The notes under the pieces are model-generated. The model was not told the DNA's origin, searched no databases, and was given only the letters and a program-made list of their open reading frames with translations. Shown here one piece after another: positions 8,600 through 18,071 of a DNA stretch of 64,000 bases. A program made the translations under genes and the position numbers. Location: NCBI GenBank assembly GCA_902519695.1, contig CABYKN010000001.1, positions 87,129 to 151,128 of the forward strand, in the 5' to 3' direction. Position 1 is the first letter of the stretch. Every line of letters begins with the position of its first letter. Source of the stretch: an uncultured Pelagibacteraceae bacterium (GTDB lineage Bacteria; Pseudomonadota; Alphaproteobacteria; Pelagibacterales; Pelagibacteraceae).

Positions 8600-9675
8600 A
8601 AATTAATGGTGTTGAATATAAAACAATTTGGTTTGATGAAGACAAACAAGTTGTAAAAATTATAGATCAGACAAAGCTTCCACATAAATTTATAATAAAA
8701 GAATTAAGTTCAGTTAAAGATGCAATAAATGCTATCAAAACAATGGAAGTGAGAGGTGCTCCATTAATTGGGGGTACAGCTGCATTTGGATTAGTTTTAG
8801 CTATAAAAGAAAATAATAGTTTAGATTTTATAAAAAAAAGTTCAGGAGAGTTAGTTGCTTCCAGACCGACGGCTATAAATCTTCAGTGGGCAGTTCATAG
8901 AATGAATAACAAATTATCATTTGTTGAACCTGGAAATTTATTTAATGTTGCACTCAATGAAGCTAAAGAAATTTGTAAAGAAGATGAGGCATTTTGTGAA
9001 AGTATTGGTAAAAATGGATTAAATATTATTGAGGATATATATAATAAAAAGAAAGATACTGTAAATATTCTCACACATTGTAATGCAGGTTGGTTAGCTA
9101 CAATAGATTGGGGAACAGCAACTTCTCCTATTTATCATGCACATAAAAAAGGAATACCAATACATGTTTGGGTAGATGAAACTAGACCAAGAAATCAAGG
9201 AGCAAACCTTACATCATATGAACTTAATGAAGAAGAAATTCCGAATACAATTATAGCAGATAATACAGGTGGAATATTAATGCAAAGAGGACAGGTTGAT
9301 ATGTGTATTGTTGGAACAGATAGAACATTATCTAACGGAGATGTGTGCAATAAAATTGGTACATATTTAAAAGCTCTTGCAGCTCATGATAATAATGTTC
9401 CTTTCTATGTTGCTTTACCAAGTTCAACGATAGATTGGAATTTAAAAAACTCTAAAGATATTCCAATAGAAGAAAGAGACCCAAAAGAACTTTCACATAT
9501 GGATGGAATTAACAAAGATAATAAAGTTGATAAATTTTTAATTTATCCAGAAAAAAGTAAGTCATTAAATTTGGCTTTTGATGTAACGCCAGCTAAGTAT
9601 GTTACGGCATTTGTAACAGAAAAAGGTATATGTGAAGCCTCTACTGAAGGTTTAAATGGTCTCTTCAAAAACTAA
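8596..9675 (+). CDS. mtnA: S-methyl-5-thioribose-1-phosphate isomerase
   Basis: VRGAP, SRPTAINL, THCNAGWLAT, DETRPRNQG, NKIGTY, AFDVTP. Confidence 0.95.
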   Translation: MKINGVEYKTIWFDEDKQVVKIIDQTKLPHKFIIKELSSVKDAINAIKTMEVRGAPLIGGTAAFGLVLAIKENNSLDFIKKSSGELVASRPTAINLQWAVHRMNNKLSFVEPGNLFNVALNEAKEICKEDEAFCESIGKNGLNIIEDIYNKKKDTVNILTHCNAGWLATIDWGTATSPIYHAHKKGIPIHVWVDETRPRNQGANLTSYELNEEEIPNTIIADNTGGILMQRGQVDMCIVGTDRTLSNGDVCNKIGTYLKALAAHDNNVPFYVALPSSTIDWNLKNSKDIPIEERDPKELSHMDGINKDNKVDKFLIYPEKSKSLNLAFDVTPAKYVTAFVTEKGICEASTEGLNGLFKN

Positions 9676-10300
9676 CAAAAAGAAAAATGATATTATTAAG
9701 TTTTCAAAAATGCTTAATGATAAAAAATTATCAGCTTTAAGATCAGGCAATATTTCGGTTAGACATAAAAATGGTTTTTTAATTACCCCATCAGGAAAAA
9801 AATATTCATCATTAAAAGTAAAAGATATAGTCTTTGTTAGTTTGGATGGAAAATATGAAAAAAAATATAAACCTTCATCAGAATGGAGATTTCATCAAGA
9901 TATTTATGTTAAAAAGAAAGATGCTCAAGCAATAGTTCACTCACATTCAACTAATGCAACTGCACTATCTGTTCACAAAAAACCAATTCCAGCTTTTCAT
10001 TACATGGTTGCTCTCGCTGGAGGTAACGATATCAAATGTGCAAAATATGCAACTTATGGATCAAGAGAACTTTCAAAGAATATTTTAAAAGCTTTAAATA
10101 AAAGAAAAGCCTGCTTAATTGCAAATCACGGCCAGATTGCATTTGATAATAATTTACCTAGTGCATTCGAGTTAGCACAAGAAGTTGAAAATTTGAGTTT
10201 ACAGTATATAACCGCTCTTAAGCTCGGAAAGCCAAAAATTCTTTCTATAAATGAAATGAATAAAGTTTTAAAAAAAGCTAAAAATTATAAAAGAGGTTAA
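9656..10300 (+). CDS. Class II aldolase (FucA/Ald2/DrdA-like); likely 5-methylthio-/5-deoxy-ribulose-1-phosphate aldolase
   Basis: SGNISVR, ITPSG, PSSEWRFH, VHSHS, FHYMVALAGG, ANHG; operonic with mtnP and mtnA. Confidence 0.8.
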   Translation: MVSSKTNKKKNDIIKFSKMLNDKKLSALRSGNISVRHKNGFLITPSGKKYSSLKVKDIVFVSLDGKYEKKYKPSSEWRFHQDIYVKKKDAQAIVHSHSTNATALSVHKKPIPAFHYMVALAGGNDIKCAKYATYGSRELSKNILKALNKRKACLIANHGQIAFDNNLPSAFELAQEVENLSLQYITALKLGKPKILSINEMNKVLKKAKNYKRG

Positions 10301-10303
10301 TAG

Positions 10304-11344
10304 GTGACAAAAGTTGGTGAACATTTAACTCTAGATATCATAGGAACCAAAAAAGAATATGATCCCTTATTTTATGAAAAGTTAGTTTATAAAATTGCAA
10401 AATTAGCAAAAGTAACAGTTTTAAAGATTTCAAAATATAAATTTGAGCCACAAGGTTTTACATTGGTAGCTCTGTTAGCAGAAAGTCACATAAGCTTTCA
10501 CACTTTCCCGGAAAATGAAATTATAAGCTTTGATTTTTTTACTTGTGGTAAAGTTTCACCATCGGTTGCTCTTAAAGTCATTAAAGAAGAAATAGAACAC
10601 AAACAAATAATTATTAAGGAATTTAACAGAGATACGATTGATCTATATCATGATAACTATAGTTCACCAGGATTAAAAAAATCTTATGTTGTAAACAAAG
10701 TATTAGAAAATTTTAAATCCAAAGCTGGACAATATATTGAAATATTAGATTTAGAACAGTTTGGAAAAGCTTTATTTATTGATAATGAGATACAAGTTGC
10801 TGAGAGTGATGAACATTTATATAGCTCAACCTTTGTAAATTCTGGTCTTAATTTGAATTCAAACAAAGAGAAAGCTGCAATTATTGGTGGAGGTGACGGT
10901 GGTGTAGCAAGAGAATGCATTTCACAAAATTTTGGATTTATAGATTGGTATGAATTAGATCCTGAAGTTGTTGATGTATGTGATAAACACCTAAGTAAAA
11001 TTGGTGAAATGGCTACAGAAAAAAATTCAGTTAAATGTGTTTGGGGTGATGCATTTGAAAGCATTAAATCAGTCAAAGATAATACTTATGATCAAATTTT
11101 TGTTGATCTTAACGATGATCAATTTTGCATAGATTTAGCTGCAAAAAATATGCCATCTCTAGAAAGAATATTAAAACCTAAAGGTGTAATTACCGCTCAA
11201 GTAGGAAGCCAAGACAAAAAACCAAAGCAAGTTGAAAATTGGTTAAATGTTTTTAACAAAAATTTTGGAAATACAAAACTTTCAAGAGTTTATATACCAA
11301 GTTTCGATTGTTCTTGGAATTTTTCCTCATCAATAAATCATTAA
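10304..11344 (+). CDS. S-adenosylmethionine decarboxylase proenzyme / aminopropyltransferase (SpeD-SpeE) fusion
   Basis: N-half FEPQG, LLAESHISFHTFPE (E-S self-cleavage), DFFTCG; C-half IIGGGDGG, ELDPEV, GDAF, IFVD; GTG start. Confidence 0.88.
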   Translation: MTKVGEHLTLDIIGTKKEYDPLFYEKLVYKIAKLAKVTVLKISKYKFEPQGFTLVALLAESHISFHTFPENEIISFDFFTCGKVSPSVALKVIKEEIEHKQIIIKEFNRDTIDLYHDNYSSPGLKKSYVVNKVLENFKSKAGQYIEILDLEQFGKALFIDNEIQVAESDEHLYSSTFVNSGLNLNSNKEKAAIIGGGDGGVARECISQNFGFIDWYELDPEVVDVCDKHLSKIGEMATEKNSVKCVWGDAFESIKSVKDNTYDQIFVDLNDDQFCIDLAAKNMPSLERILKPKGVITAQVGSQDKKPKQVENWLNVFNKNFGNTKLSRVYIPSFDCSWNFSSSINH

Positions 11345-11403
11345 TTTTTCTTTTTAAAACAACATTTTTATGAAATAATCTTAGAAAATTTTTGGAGGAA
11401 AAA

Positions 11404-12231
11404 ATGAAAAAATTAAAAATATTAGGAATTGGTATATTAATATCATCATTCCTAACAATTTCTTCAATTGCAGATCAAATTAAAATTGGAACTGAAGGTG
11501 CATATCCACCTTGGAATTCTAAAGACTCAGCAGGAAATTTGATTGGTTTTGAAGTCGAACTAGCAAATGAATTATGTAAAATAATGAATCATGATTGCAC
11601 TATTGTAGAGCAAGATTGGGATGGAATGATACCAGCCTTAGTCTCAAGAAAATTTGATGCTATCATGGCAGGAATGTCAATAACTGGTGAGAGAATGAAA
11701 ACAATAAACTTTTCTCAAGGTTATGCTGATGAAGTTGCATCACTAGCTGTTATGAAAGGATCTAAAAACGAAGGTCTTAAAACAATGTCAGCTATAAATT
11801 TATCTGATGTAAGTGCAGACGAACAAGCAACACTAGATGTTTTGACTAAAGCATTCAAAGGTAAAACTATTGGTGTACAAACAGCAACAATTCACCAGAA
11901 CTTTTTAGAATCTGGTTTAATGGGTAATGTAAAAATTAGAACTTACAAAACTCAAGATGAAGTAAACTTAGATTTATCTGCTGGAAGAATAGATGCAGCA
12001 CTAGCTGCAGCAGTTGCTTTTACTGATTATGCAGAGAAATCTGGCAAAGGAGTTGTATTAACTGGACCAACATTTGCAGGCGGTGATTTTGGTAATGGTG
12101 TTGGCGTAGGTATTAGAAAAGGTGACTCGAAATTATTAAACGATTTTAATGCAGCAATTGATAAAGCTAGAGATGATGGCATTATTAGTAAGCTTGCTAT
12201 AAAACATTTTGGTTTTGACGCTTCTATGTAA
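11404..12231 (+). CDS. Polar (basic) amino acid ABC transporter substrate-binding protein
   Basis: Signal peptide, IGTEGAYPPWN, QDWDGMIPAL, IMAGMSIT; GGAGG RBS before ATG 11404. Confidence 0.9.
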   Translation: MKKLKILGIGILISSFLTISSIADQIKIGTEGAYPPWNSKDSAGNLIGFEVELANELCKIMNHDCTIVEQDWDGMIPALVSRKFDAIMAGMSITGERMKTINFSQGYADEVASLAVMKGSKNEGLKTMSAINLSDVSADEQATLDVLTKAFKGKTIGVQTATIHQNFLESGLMGNVKIRTYKTQDEVNLDLSAGRIDAALAAAVAFTDYAEKSGKGVVLTGPTFAGGDFGNGVGVGIRKGDSKLLNDFNAAIDKARDDGIISKLAIKHFGFDASM

Positions 12232-12240
12232 TAAATTATT

Positions 12241-12268
12241 TATGGGTGGCTATAATTAGCCACCTATA
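12241..12268 (+). terminator. Intercistronic stem-loop after the binding-protein gene
   Basis: TATGGGTGGCTA-taat-TAGCCACCTATA; no clear U-tract. Confidence 0.6.
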
Positions 12269-12270
12269 TT

Positions 12271-12963
12271 ATGGAACTTCTATATTTTGGTGACAAAGGT
12301 TGGGGAGACGAATTATTCTTTGCAACCTTAATGACAATTGCGGTTTCAATAACCGCAATGATAATAGGCTTTTTATTTGCTGCTTTATTTACTCCACTAA
12401 AATTATCTAATAATAAATTTCTTAACTCTATTGGCAATGCATACACTACTGTTATTAGAGGTGTGCCAGAGCTCCTTGTAATTTATTTATTTTTCTTTGG
12501 TGGTAGTGGAGCAATTATGTTTGTTGCTTCAATATTTGGTTATAATGATTATATAGAAATTAATGCTTTTCTAACTGGTTCATTTTCAATTGGGATTATA
12601 TCAGGAGCTTACTCAACTGAAGTATTTAGAGGCGCTTTACAATCAATTGACAAAGGTCAGTTTGAAGCCGCAAAAGTTTTAGGATTTAATAAATATATTT
12701 ATTTCTTTAAAATTATTTTGCCTCAAATGTTAAGACTAGCAATTCCAAACTTAAGTAATGTTTGGCAAATTACATTAAAAGATACTTCTCTTATATCTGT
12801 AACTGGTTTAGTTGAAATAATGAGACAATCCTACATTGCCGCCGGCTCAACTAGAGATCCATTATTTTTTTACTCGTTTGCAGCAGTTTTATACTTAATG
12901 CTTACATTTTTAAGTATGCAATTGTTAAACAGATTAGAAACAAAATATAGCAAAGGTTATTAA
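12271..12963 (+). CDS. Polar amino acid ABC permease (HisQ/OccQ-like)
   Basis: YTTVIRGVPELL, EVFRGA..IDKGQFEAA, LKDTSL. Confidence 0.9.
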   Translation: MELLYFGDKGWGDELFFATLMTIAVSITAMIIGFLFAALFTPLKLSNNKFLNSIGNAYTTVIRGVPELLVIYLFFFGGSGAIMFVASIFGYNDYIEINAFLTGSFSIGIISGAYSTEVFRGALQSIDKGQFEAAKVLGFNKYIYFFKIILPQMLRLAIPNLSNVWQITLKDTSLISVTGLVEIMRQSYIAAGSTRDPLFFYSFAAVLYLMLTFLSMQLLNRLETKYSKGY

Positions 12964-13640
12964 TGGATATTGAATTAATGATTAATAGTTTTCCAAAGTT
13001 GTTAAACGCAACTTTGATTACTCTTAAACTATTATCTGCATCTCTAATTCTTGGTCTTTTTATTGGATTAGGTTTTGCAATCTTGAGAATGAACAATAAT
13101 AAGTTGATTAATAAATTTGCTTATGGATATTCATATATTTTTAGAGGAACACCTTTATTGGTTCAAATCTTCATAATATATTTTGGATTAGGTCAAATTG
13201 AATATTTAAGAACAACCTTTTTGTGGGTAGTTTTAAAAGAACCATACTGGTGTGCGATAATAGCATTTTCATTAAATACTGGTGCATATACATCAGAAAT
13301 ATTGAGATCAGCTTTTCAAACTATAAAACCAGGATATTTAGAAGCTGGAAGAAGTTTGGGCATACCTTCTAAAATAATTTTTACAAAAATACAAATTCCT
13401 ATAGCAATTAAACAATCTTTACCAGCTTATGGTAATGAAATTATTTTAATGCTTAAAGGTACATCTTTGGCAAGCACAGTCACACTTATGGACTTAACTG
13501 GTGTTGCTAAATATATAATTTCAACAACGTTTAAGCCAGTAGAAGTATTTATTGTGGCAGGAGGAATTTATTTGTTTATGACTTTTATAATTCATAATGT
13601 TATTAAATATTTAGAAAAAAAATATGGGTTTCAAACATGA
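12963..13640 (+). CDS. Polar amino acid ABC permease (HisM/OccM-like)
   Basis: FRGTPLLVQ, LNTGAYTSE, LPAYGNE, KGTSLAS. Confidence 0.9.
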   Translation: MDIELMINSFPKLLNATLITLKLLSASLILGLFIGLGFAILRMNNNKLINKFAYGYSYIFRGTPLLVQIFIIYFGLGQIEYLRTTFLWVVLKEPYWCAIIAFSLNTGAYTSEILRSAFQTIKPGYLEAGRSLGIPSKIIFTKIQIPIAIKQSLPAYGNEIILMLKGTSLASTVTLMDLTGVAKYIISTTFKPVEVFIVAGGIYLFMTFIIHNVIKYLEKKYGFQT

Positions 13641-14422
13641 AAATAGCATGCATACAATTATCTAGTGGAGAAAATTATGAAAATAATTTTAAAGATATTG
13701 TTAAATACGTAAATCAAGCTATAAAAAATGAATCTGATTTAATTATTACGCCTGAAACTTCTTCTTTGATGTCTAGTAGTAGAGAAACATTATTTAAATA
13801 TTCATTTGAAATGAATAAAGATCCAATTTTGAAGAAAGTTAAAGAAGTATCAAAAAAATTTAAGAAATGGATTTTACTTGGTTCAATTTGCGTTAAGGTT
13901 AAAAATAAACTTAGAAATAGATCTATACTTGTTGGACCGAATGGAAAAATTGTCAAATATTACGATAAAATTAACATGTTTGATGTTAAAATTCCGAATA
14001 AAGAGCAACATAAAGAAAGCAAAACTTTTAAAGCAGGAAATAAATTAGTCACAGCTAATTTACCTTGGGGTAAAATAGGTTTTACAATCTGTTTTGATCT
14101 AAGATTTCCAGAACTTTACAGAAATTTATCAAAAAAAAATTTGAGTTTTATCGCTGTTCCTTCAGCTTTCACAAAGTTTACTGGACAAAAACATTGGTTA
14201 ACGCTTTTAAGAGCAAGAGCGATTGAAAATTTTTGCTATATATTTGCACCAGCTCAAACTGGTAGAAATACTCCTAAAAGAGAAACATTTGGTCATACAG
14301 CTATTATTTCACCAGATGGAAAAATATTAGCACTAAAAAAATCAGGCAAGGGAGTCATATATTCAAAAATTAAACCTAAGCTTTCCATGGATTTAAGAAA
14401 AATAATTCCAAGTTTAATTTAA
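13637..14422 (+). CDS. Carbon-nitrogen hydrolase (Nit1/YbeM-like, deaminated glutathione amidase type)
   Basis: TPE, YDKINMFDV, ICFDLRFPELYR, PSAFT, RARAIEN (Glu-Lys-Cys triad). Confidence 0.85.
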   Translation: MKIACIQLSSGENYENNFKDIVKYVNQAIKNESDLIITPETSSLMSSSRETLFKYSFEMNKDPILKKVKEVSKKFKKWILLGSICVKVKNKLRNRSILVGPNGKIVKYYDKINMFDVKIPNKEQHKESKTFKAGNKLVTANLPWGKIGFTICFDLRFPELYRNLSKKNLSFIAVPSAFTKFTGQKHWLTLLRARAIENFCYIFAPAQTGRNTPKRETFGHTAIISPDGKILALKKSGKGVIYSKIKPKLSMDLRKIIPSLI

Positions 14423-15867
14423 TTCCTACTATCCACAATCAAAGTATCTTTAGATCCACCACCTTGAGAACTGTTAACTATTGTACTGCCTTTTTTTAGA
14501 GCAACTCTAGTTAATCCACCTGTTGTAACATAAGTTGATTTACCTGTTAAAATAAAAGGTCTTAAATCTAAATGTCTTGGTTCAATGTTATCAGGTGTGA
14601 TTGTGGGAACAGTAGAAAGAATTTCTAATGGTTGTGCAATGTAATTTCTTGGATTTTTTTTGATATTTTTTATCATTTCTTCTTTTTCTGCTTTAGAGGC
14701 TTTTGGACCAATCATAATTCCGTAACCACCTGATGCATTTGATGGTTTAACTACATACTTAGAAATATTATCTATAACGTGTTCTCTATTTTTTTTATCT
14801 CCACAAAGAAGAGTTTCAACTTGATCAATAATTGGTTGTTCTCCTAGATAGTAAATTATCATTTTATTAACATAAGAATAAACTGCTTTGTCATCTGCAA
14901 CTCCCGTTCCCAAAGCATTTATTATTCCAACATTTCCTTTTCTCCAACATTTGAAAACACCAGGCACACCTAATAACGATCCTTTAAAAAAAAATTTTGG
15001 ATCCATAAAATTGTCATCTATTCTTCTGTATATACAATCTACCTTCAAAGGACCTTTAACAGTTTTCATATAAACGTGATCGTTTTCAACAAATAAATCT
15101 TTTCCTTCTACCAATGCTATTCCCATTTGTTCCGCTAAAAAGGAATGTTCAAAATAAGCTGAATTATAAATACCAGGTGTTAATAAAACCATGTGCGGGT
15201 TATTAGTCTTCTTTGGAATACATTCTGTCATACAATTATATAATTTATTTGCATACTGATGAACTGAGGAAACCTTATATCTTGTAAATAATTCTGGAAA
15301 AATATCTCTCATAACCATTCTATTTTCTAGCATATATGAAACTCCAGACGGAACTCTTAAATTATCTTCTAGAACCAAAAAATCTCCATCAATATTTTTT
15401 ATTAGATCGATACCAGATATATTTGACCATGCTTTGTGTTTTGGGGAGAAACCTTCACATTCTTTTAAATATAAAGGAGAATTAAAAATTAATTCTTTAG
15501 GTATTACTTTGTCTTTAAATATTTTTTTTGCATTGTAGACATCATCGATAAATAAATTTAGTGCCTTAACTCTTTGTGCAAGTCCTTTTGCAACCTTTAA
15601 CCATTGACTTTTTGGTATAATTCTAGGAATGATGTCTAAAGGCCATTTTTTCTCTTCAGCTCTATTGTTTGCAGCATAAACTCTAAAATTTATTCCTCTA
15701 GCGCTTATTGTACTTTGACAATTTTTTTCTATTTCTTGTAATTTTCTTTTTCCATATTTTTCAAGTATGCCTGCAATAATCTTAGCATGACTCCTCAACT
15801 TCTTCTCTTTACTGATATATCCATCAAAAGTTGATTTAGAATCGTAATTTTTCCAAAAATCAGACAT
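14419..15867 (-). CDS. Circularly permuted ATP-grasp type 2 protein
   Basis: PLDIIPRII, LEDNLRVPSGVSYMLENR, LTPGIYNSAYFEHSFLA, GTGVADDK, GGLTRVAL, VNSSQGGGSKDT. Confidence 0.9.
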   Translation of the reverse strand: MSDFWKNYDSKSTFDGYISKEKKLRSHAKIIAGILEKYGKRKLQEIEKNCQSTISARGINFRVYAANNRAEEKKWPLDIIPRIIPKSQWLKVAKGLAQRVKALNLFIDDVYNAKKIFKDKVIPKELIFNSPLYLKECEGFSPKHKAWSNISGIDLIKNIDGDFLVLEDNLRVPSGVSYMLENRMVMRDIFPELFTRYKVSSVHQYANKLYNCMTECIPKKTNNPHMVLLTPGIYNSAYFEHSFLAEQMGIALVEGKDLFVENDHVYMKTVKGPLKVDCIYRRIDDNFMDPKFFFKGSLLGVPGVFKCWRKGNVGIINALGTGVADDKAVYSYVNKMIIYYLGEQPIIDQVETLLCGDKKNREHVIDNISKYVVKPSNASGGYGIMIGPKASKAEKEEMIKNIKKNPRNYIAQPLEILSTVPTITPDNIEPRHLDLRPFILTGKSTYVTTGGLTRVALKKGSTIVNSSQGGGSKDTLIVDSRN

Positions 15868-15982
15868 ATTAAATTAATTTTTTTACATAAGAGTTAAATA
15901 AGCAAATGATTAAATTCGATATCTGATATGAAATAAATGGGTTTTATTGTAATCACATATAATTTAAATAGTTAATTTTAAC

Positions 15983-16705
15983 ATGACTTATTGTATTGGC
16001 ATTAAAACAGAGGCAGGACTAGTTTTTGCATCAGACTCCAGAACAAATGCAGGATTGGACAATGTAAATATATATTCTAAAATGCTTACACACGATATTG
16101 GAGACAGAACAATAGTAATTGTTACATCAGGAAATCTTGGAACTTCTCAAGCAGTTTATAATTCAATAAAAAAAGATTTAAAAAGCGAAACAGGTATTAT
16201 GAATTTAAATACCTGTAGTGATTTTGAACAAATTGCTTCTTATATTGGCTCTCTTAATATTGAACATTCATCTCCACAGGGAATAAATACTGATAGCGTT
16301 TTACTTGGTTCAACATTTATTGTTGGTGGTCAAATAAAAGGCCAACCTCCTGAATTATACTTAGTTTACCCTCAAGGTAATTATATTCGTCCAGCAGATA
16401 GCAAACCATATTTAGTAATTGGAGAAGTGAAATATGGAAAACCTATTTTAGATAGAGTAATTACTCCAAAAGTCTCAATTGGAGATGCATCGAGATGTGC
16501 ACTGATATCAATGGACTCTACATTAAAGAGTGATTTAACTGTTGGTCCACCAATAGACTTTGCTGTGATAAAAAAAGATGAAATCAAAATAGCATCACTT
16601 AAATGTTTAAATATGAATGACCCTGAATTTTCTAAAGTTTGTAATCAATGGTCACAAGGTATTTTTAAAATATTTGACTCTTTTCAAAGGTTTGACTGGG
16701 AATAA
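15983..16705 (+). CDS. Anbu proteasome-type Ntn peptidase
   Basis: MTYC (Thr1), SDSRTNAG, GGQIKG, YPQGN, IGEVKYGKPILDR, SMDSTLKSDLTVGPP. Confidence 0.9.
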   Translation: MTYCIGIKTEAGLVFASDSRTNAGLDNVNIYSKMLTHDIGDRTIVIVTSGNLGTSQAVYNSIKKDLKSETGIMNLNTCSDFEQIASYIGSLNIEHSSPQGINTDSVLLGSTFIVGGQIKGQPPELYLVYPQGNYIRPADSKPYLVIGEVKYGKPILDRVITPKVSIGDASRCALISMDSTLKSDLTVGPPIDFAVIKKDEIKIASLKCLNMNDPEFSKVCNQWSQGIFKIFDSFQRFDWE

Positions 16706-16707
16706 GA

Positions 16708-17097
16708 CTAATATTTGGTGTATTCTTTAATTTCTTTAATTTTAGAACCAGTTTTATTATTTATTTCTAATTTCAATTTTGCCCTATCGTCATTTAAGAA
16801 GTGAACATCTCTTGATAGTTTAATAAATTTTTCACCAAAATCAGAATTTTTCTCACATAATCTTTTATCATCTTCTATAACCCAAAGCTTTGAATTAATT
16901 TCTTTTAGTGAGTTATATAAACTTTCAATTTCACTATAATTTTTAATATTTGTATTTAATTGATCTTTTAAAATTTTATATTCTTTATTTATAAAGTTTA
17001 GTTTCTCAGGATCTTTAATTTTTTCAGATTTAATTTCTAAAATTGAAATTTTATCTAGCAATTCTCCAACTGAAACTTCTACTAAAATTTTATTCAT
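16708..17097 (-). CDS. Conserved hypothetical protein (DUF6165-like)
   Basis: VSVGELLDKISILEIK, LWVIED, LNDDRA.LK.EIN, EIKEY. Confidence 0.7.
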   Translation of the reverse strand: MNKILVEVSVGELLDKISILEIKSEKIKDPEKLNFINKEYKILKDQLNTNIKNYSEIESLYNSLKEINSKLWVIEDDKRLCEKNSDFGEKFIKLSRDVHFLNDDRAKLKLEINNKTGSKIKEIKEYTKY

Positions 17098-17129
17098 ATA
17101 AATTTATATTATGTTAAGTTGTTAAAAAT

Positions 17130-18071
17130 ATGTCTAATATACTTATTATAAAACATGGATCTTTAGGTGATATAGCCCAAGCAAGTGGTGCAATTCAAGA
17201 TATATCTGATAACCATCCAAATGACGATATTTATATACTATCCACCAAACCTTATCATGATTTACTAAAAAAGAATCCAAATATAACAGATGTTATTTTG
17301 GATAAACGACTCTCTAGATTTAATTTAATTTATTTATATTTATTAATGAGAAAAATAAAAAAATATAAATTTACTAAAGTTTATGACCTGCAAAATTCTA
17401 AAAGAACAAGTTTTTATAAAAAAATTCTTTACCCTAAAGCTTCTTCAGATGTTTGGTCCTCTTCTGAAACAACTCTCCCAGAGGGAACTAATAAGATAGA
17501 TTTTGACAAAGATACTGTTTTAAATCGTTTTGAGCATCAATTAAATGTGTCTGGTATCAAAACTGATAAAGTAATCAAACCAGATTTTTCATGGAGTTGT
17601 GAAGATATTTCAGAAATCAAAAAAAAATATAATTTAAATAAGTATATAATTTTATTCCCTTTTTCATCATCTCATTTAACTATAAAAAGATGGCCGTATT
17701 ACAACGAATTGATTAAAAAAATTAAATCCTTTTTAAGAGATGAAGTCCAAATATTAGTTGCCCCTGGTCCAAATGAAATCAAATTGGCAAATGATATTGA
17801 TGCTAATATTATTTTAGATAATGATAAAGCATTAAGTATTTCTCAACTTTCGTCATTAATAAAAGATAGTTATTTTGTTATATCTAATGATACTGGGCCA
17901 GCACATATGGCTGCACATTTAAATGTAAAAGGATTAGTTTTATTTGGATCACATACTACTGCAAAAAAAGTTAGTATTGAAAGAGAACATTTTAAAGCAA
18001 TCCAAGTCTCAGATTTGTCTAAACTTTCAGCAGATAAAGTATTTCAAAGAATGCAAGAAGCAATTAAATAG
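17130..18071 (+). CDS. Glycosyltransferase family 9 (heptosyltransferase-like)
   Basis: ILIIKHGSLGD, YDLQ, KRWP, SNDTGPAHMAA. Confidence 0.88.
   Translation: MSNILIIKHGSLGDIAQASGAIQDISDNHPNDDIYILSTKPYHDLLKKNPNITDVILDKRLSRFNLIYLYLLMRKIKKYKFTKVYDLQNSKRTSFYKKILYPKASSDVWSSSETTLPEGTNKIDFDKDTVLNRFEHQLNVSGIKTDKVIKPDFSWSCEDISEIKKKYNLNKYIILFPFSSSHLTIKRWPYYNELIKKIKSFLRDEVQILVAPGPNEIKLANDIDANIILDNDKALSISQLSSLIKDSYFVISNDTGPAHMAAHLNVKGLVLFGSHTTAKKVSIEREHFKAIQVSDLSKLSADKVFQRMQEAIK

Noticed and set aside
9656-10300. MtnB dehydratase or fucose-catabolic FucA
   Set aside because: Motifs are aldolase-like (FHYMVALAGG), and neither mtnC/mtnD nor fucose genes are nearby; the DHAP-shunt aldolase fits better
13637-14422. 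N-carbamoylputrescine amidase (AguB) completing the polyamine cluster
   Set aside because: The active-site motif is CFDLRFPE with RARAIEN (Nit1/YbeM type), not the CWDQW motif of AguB
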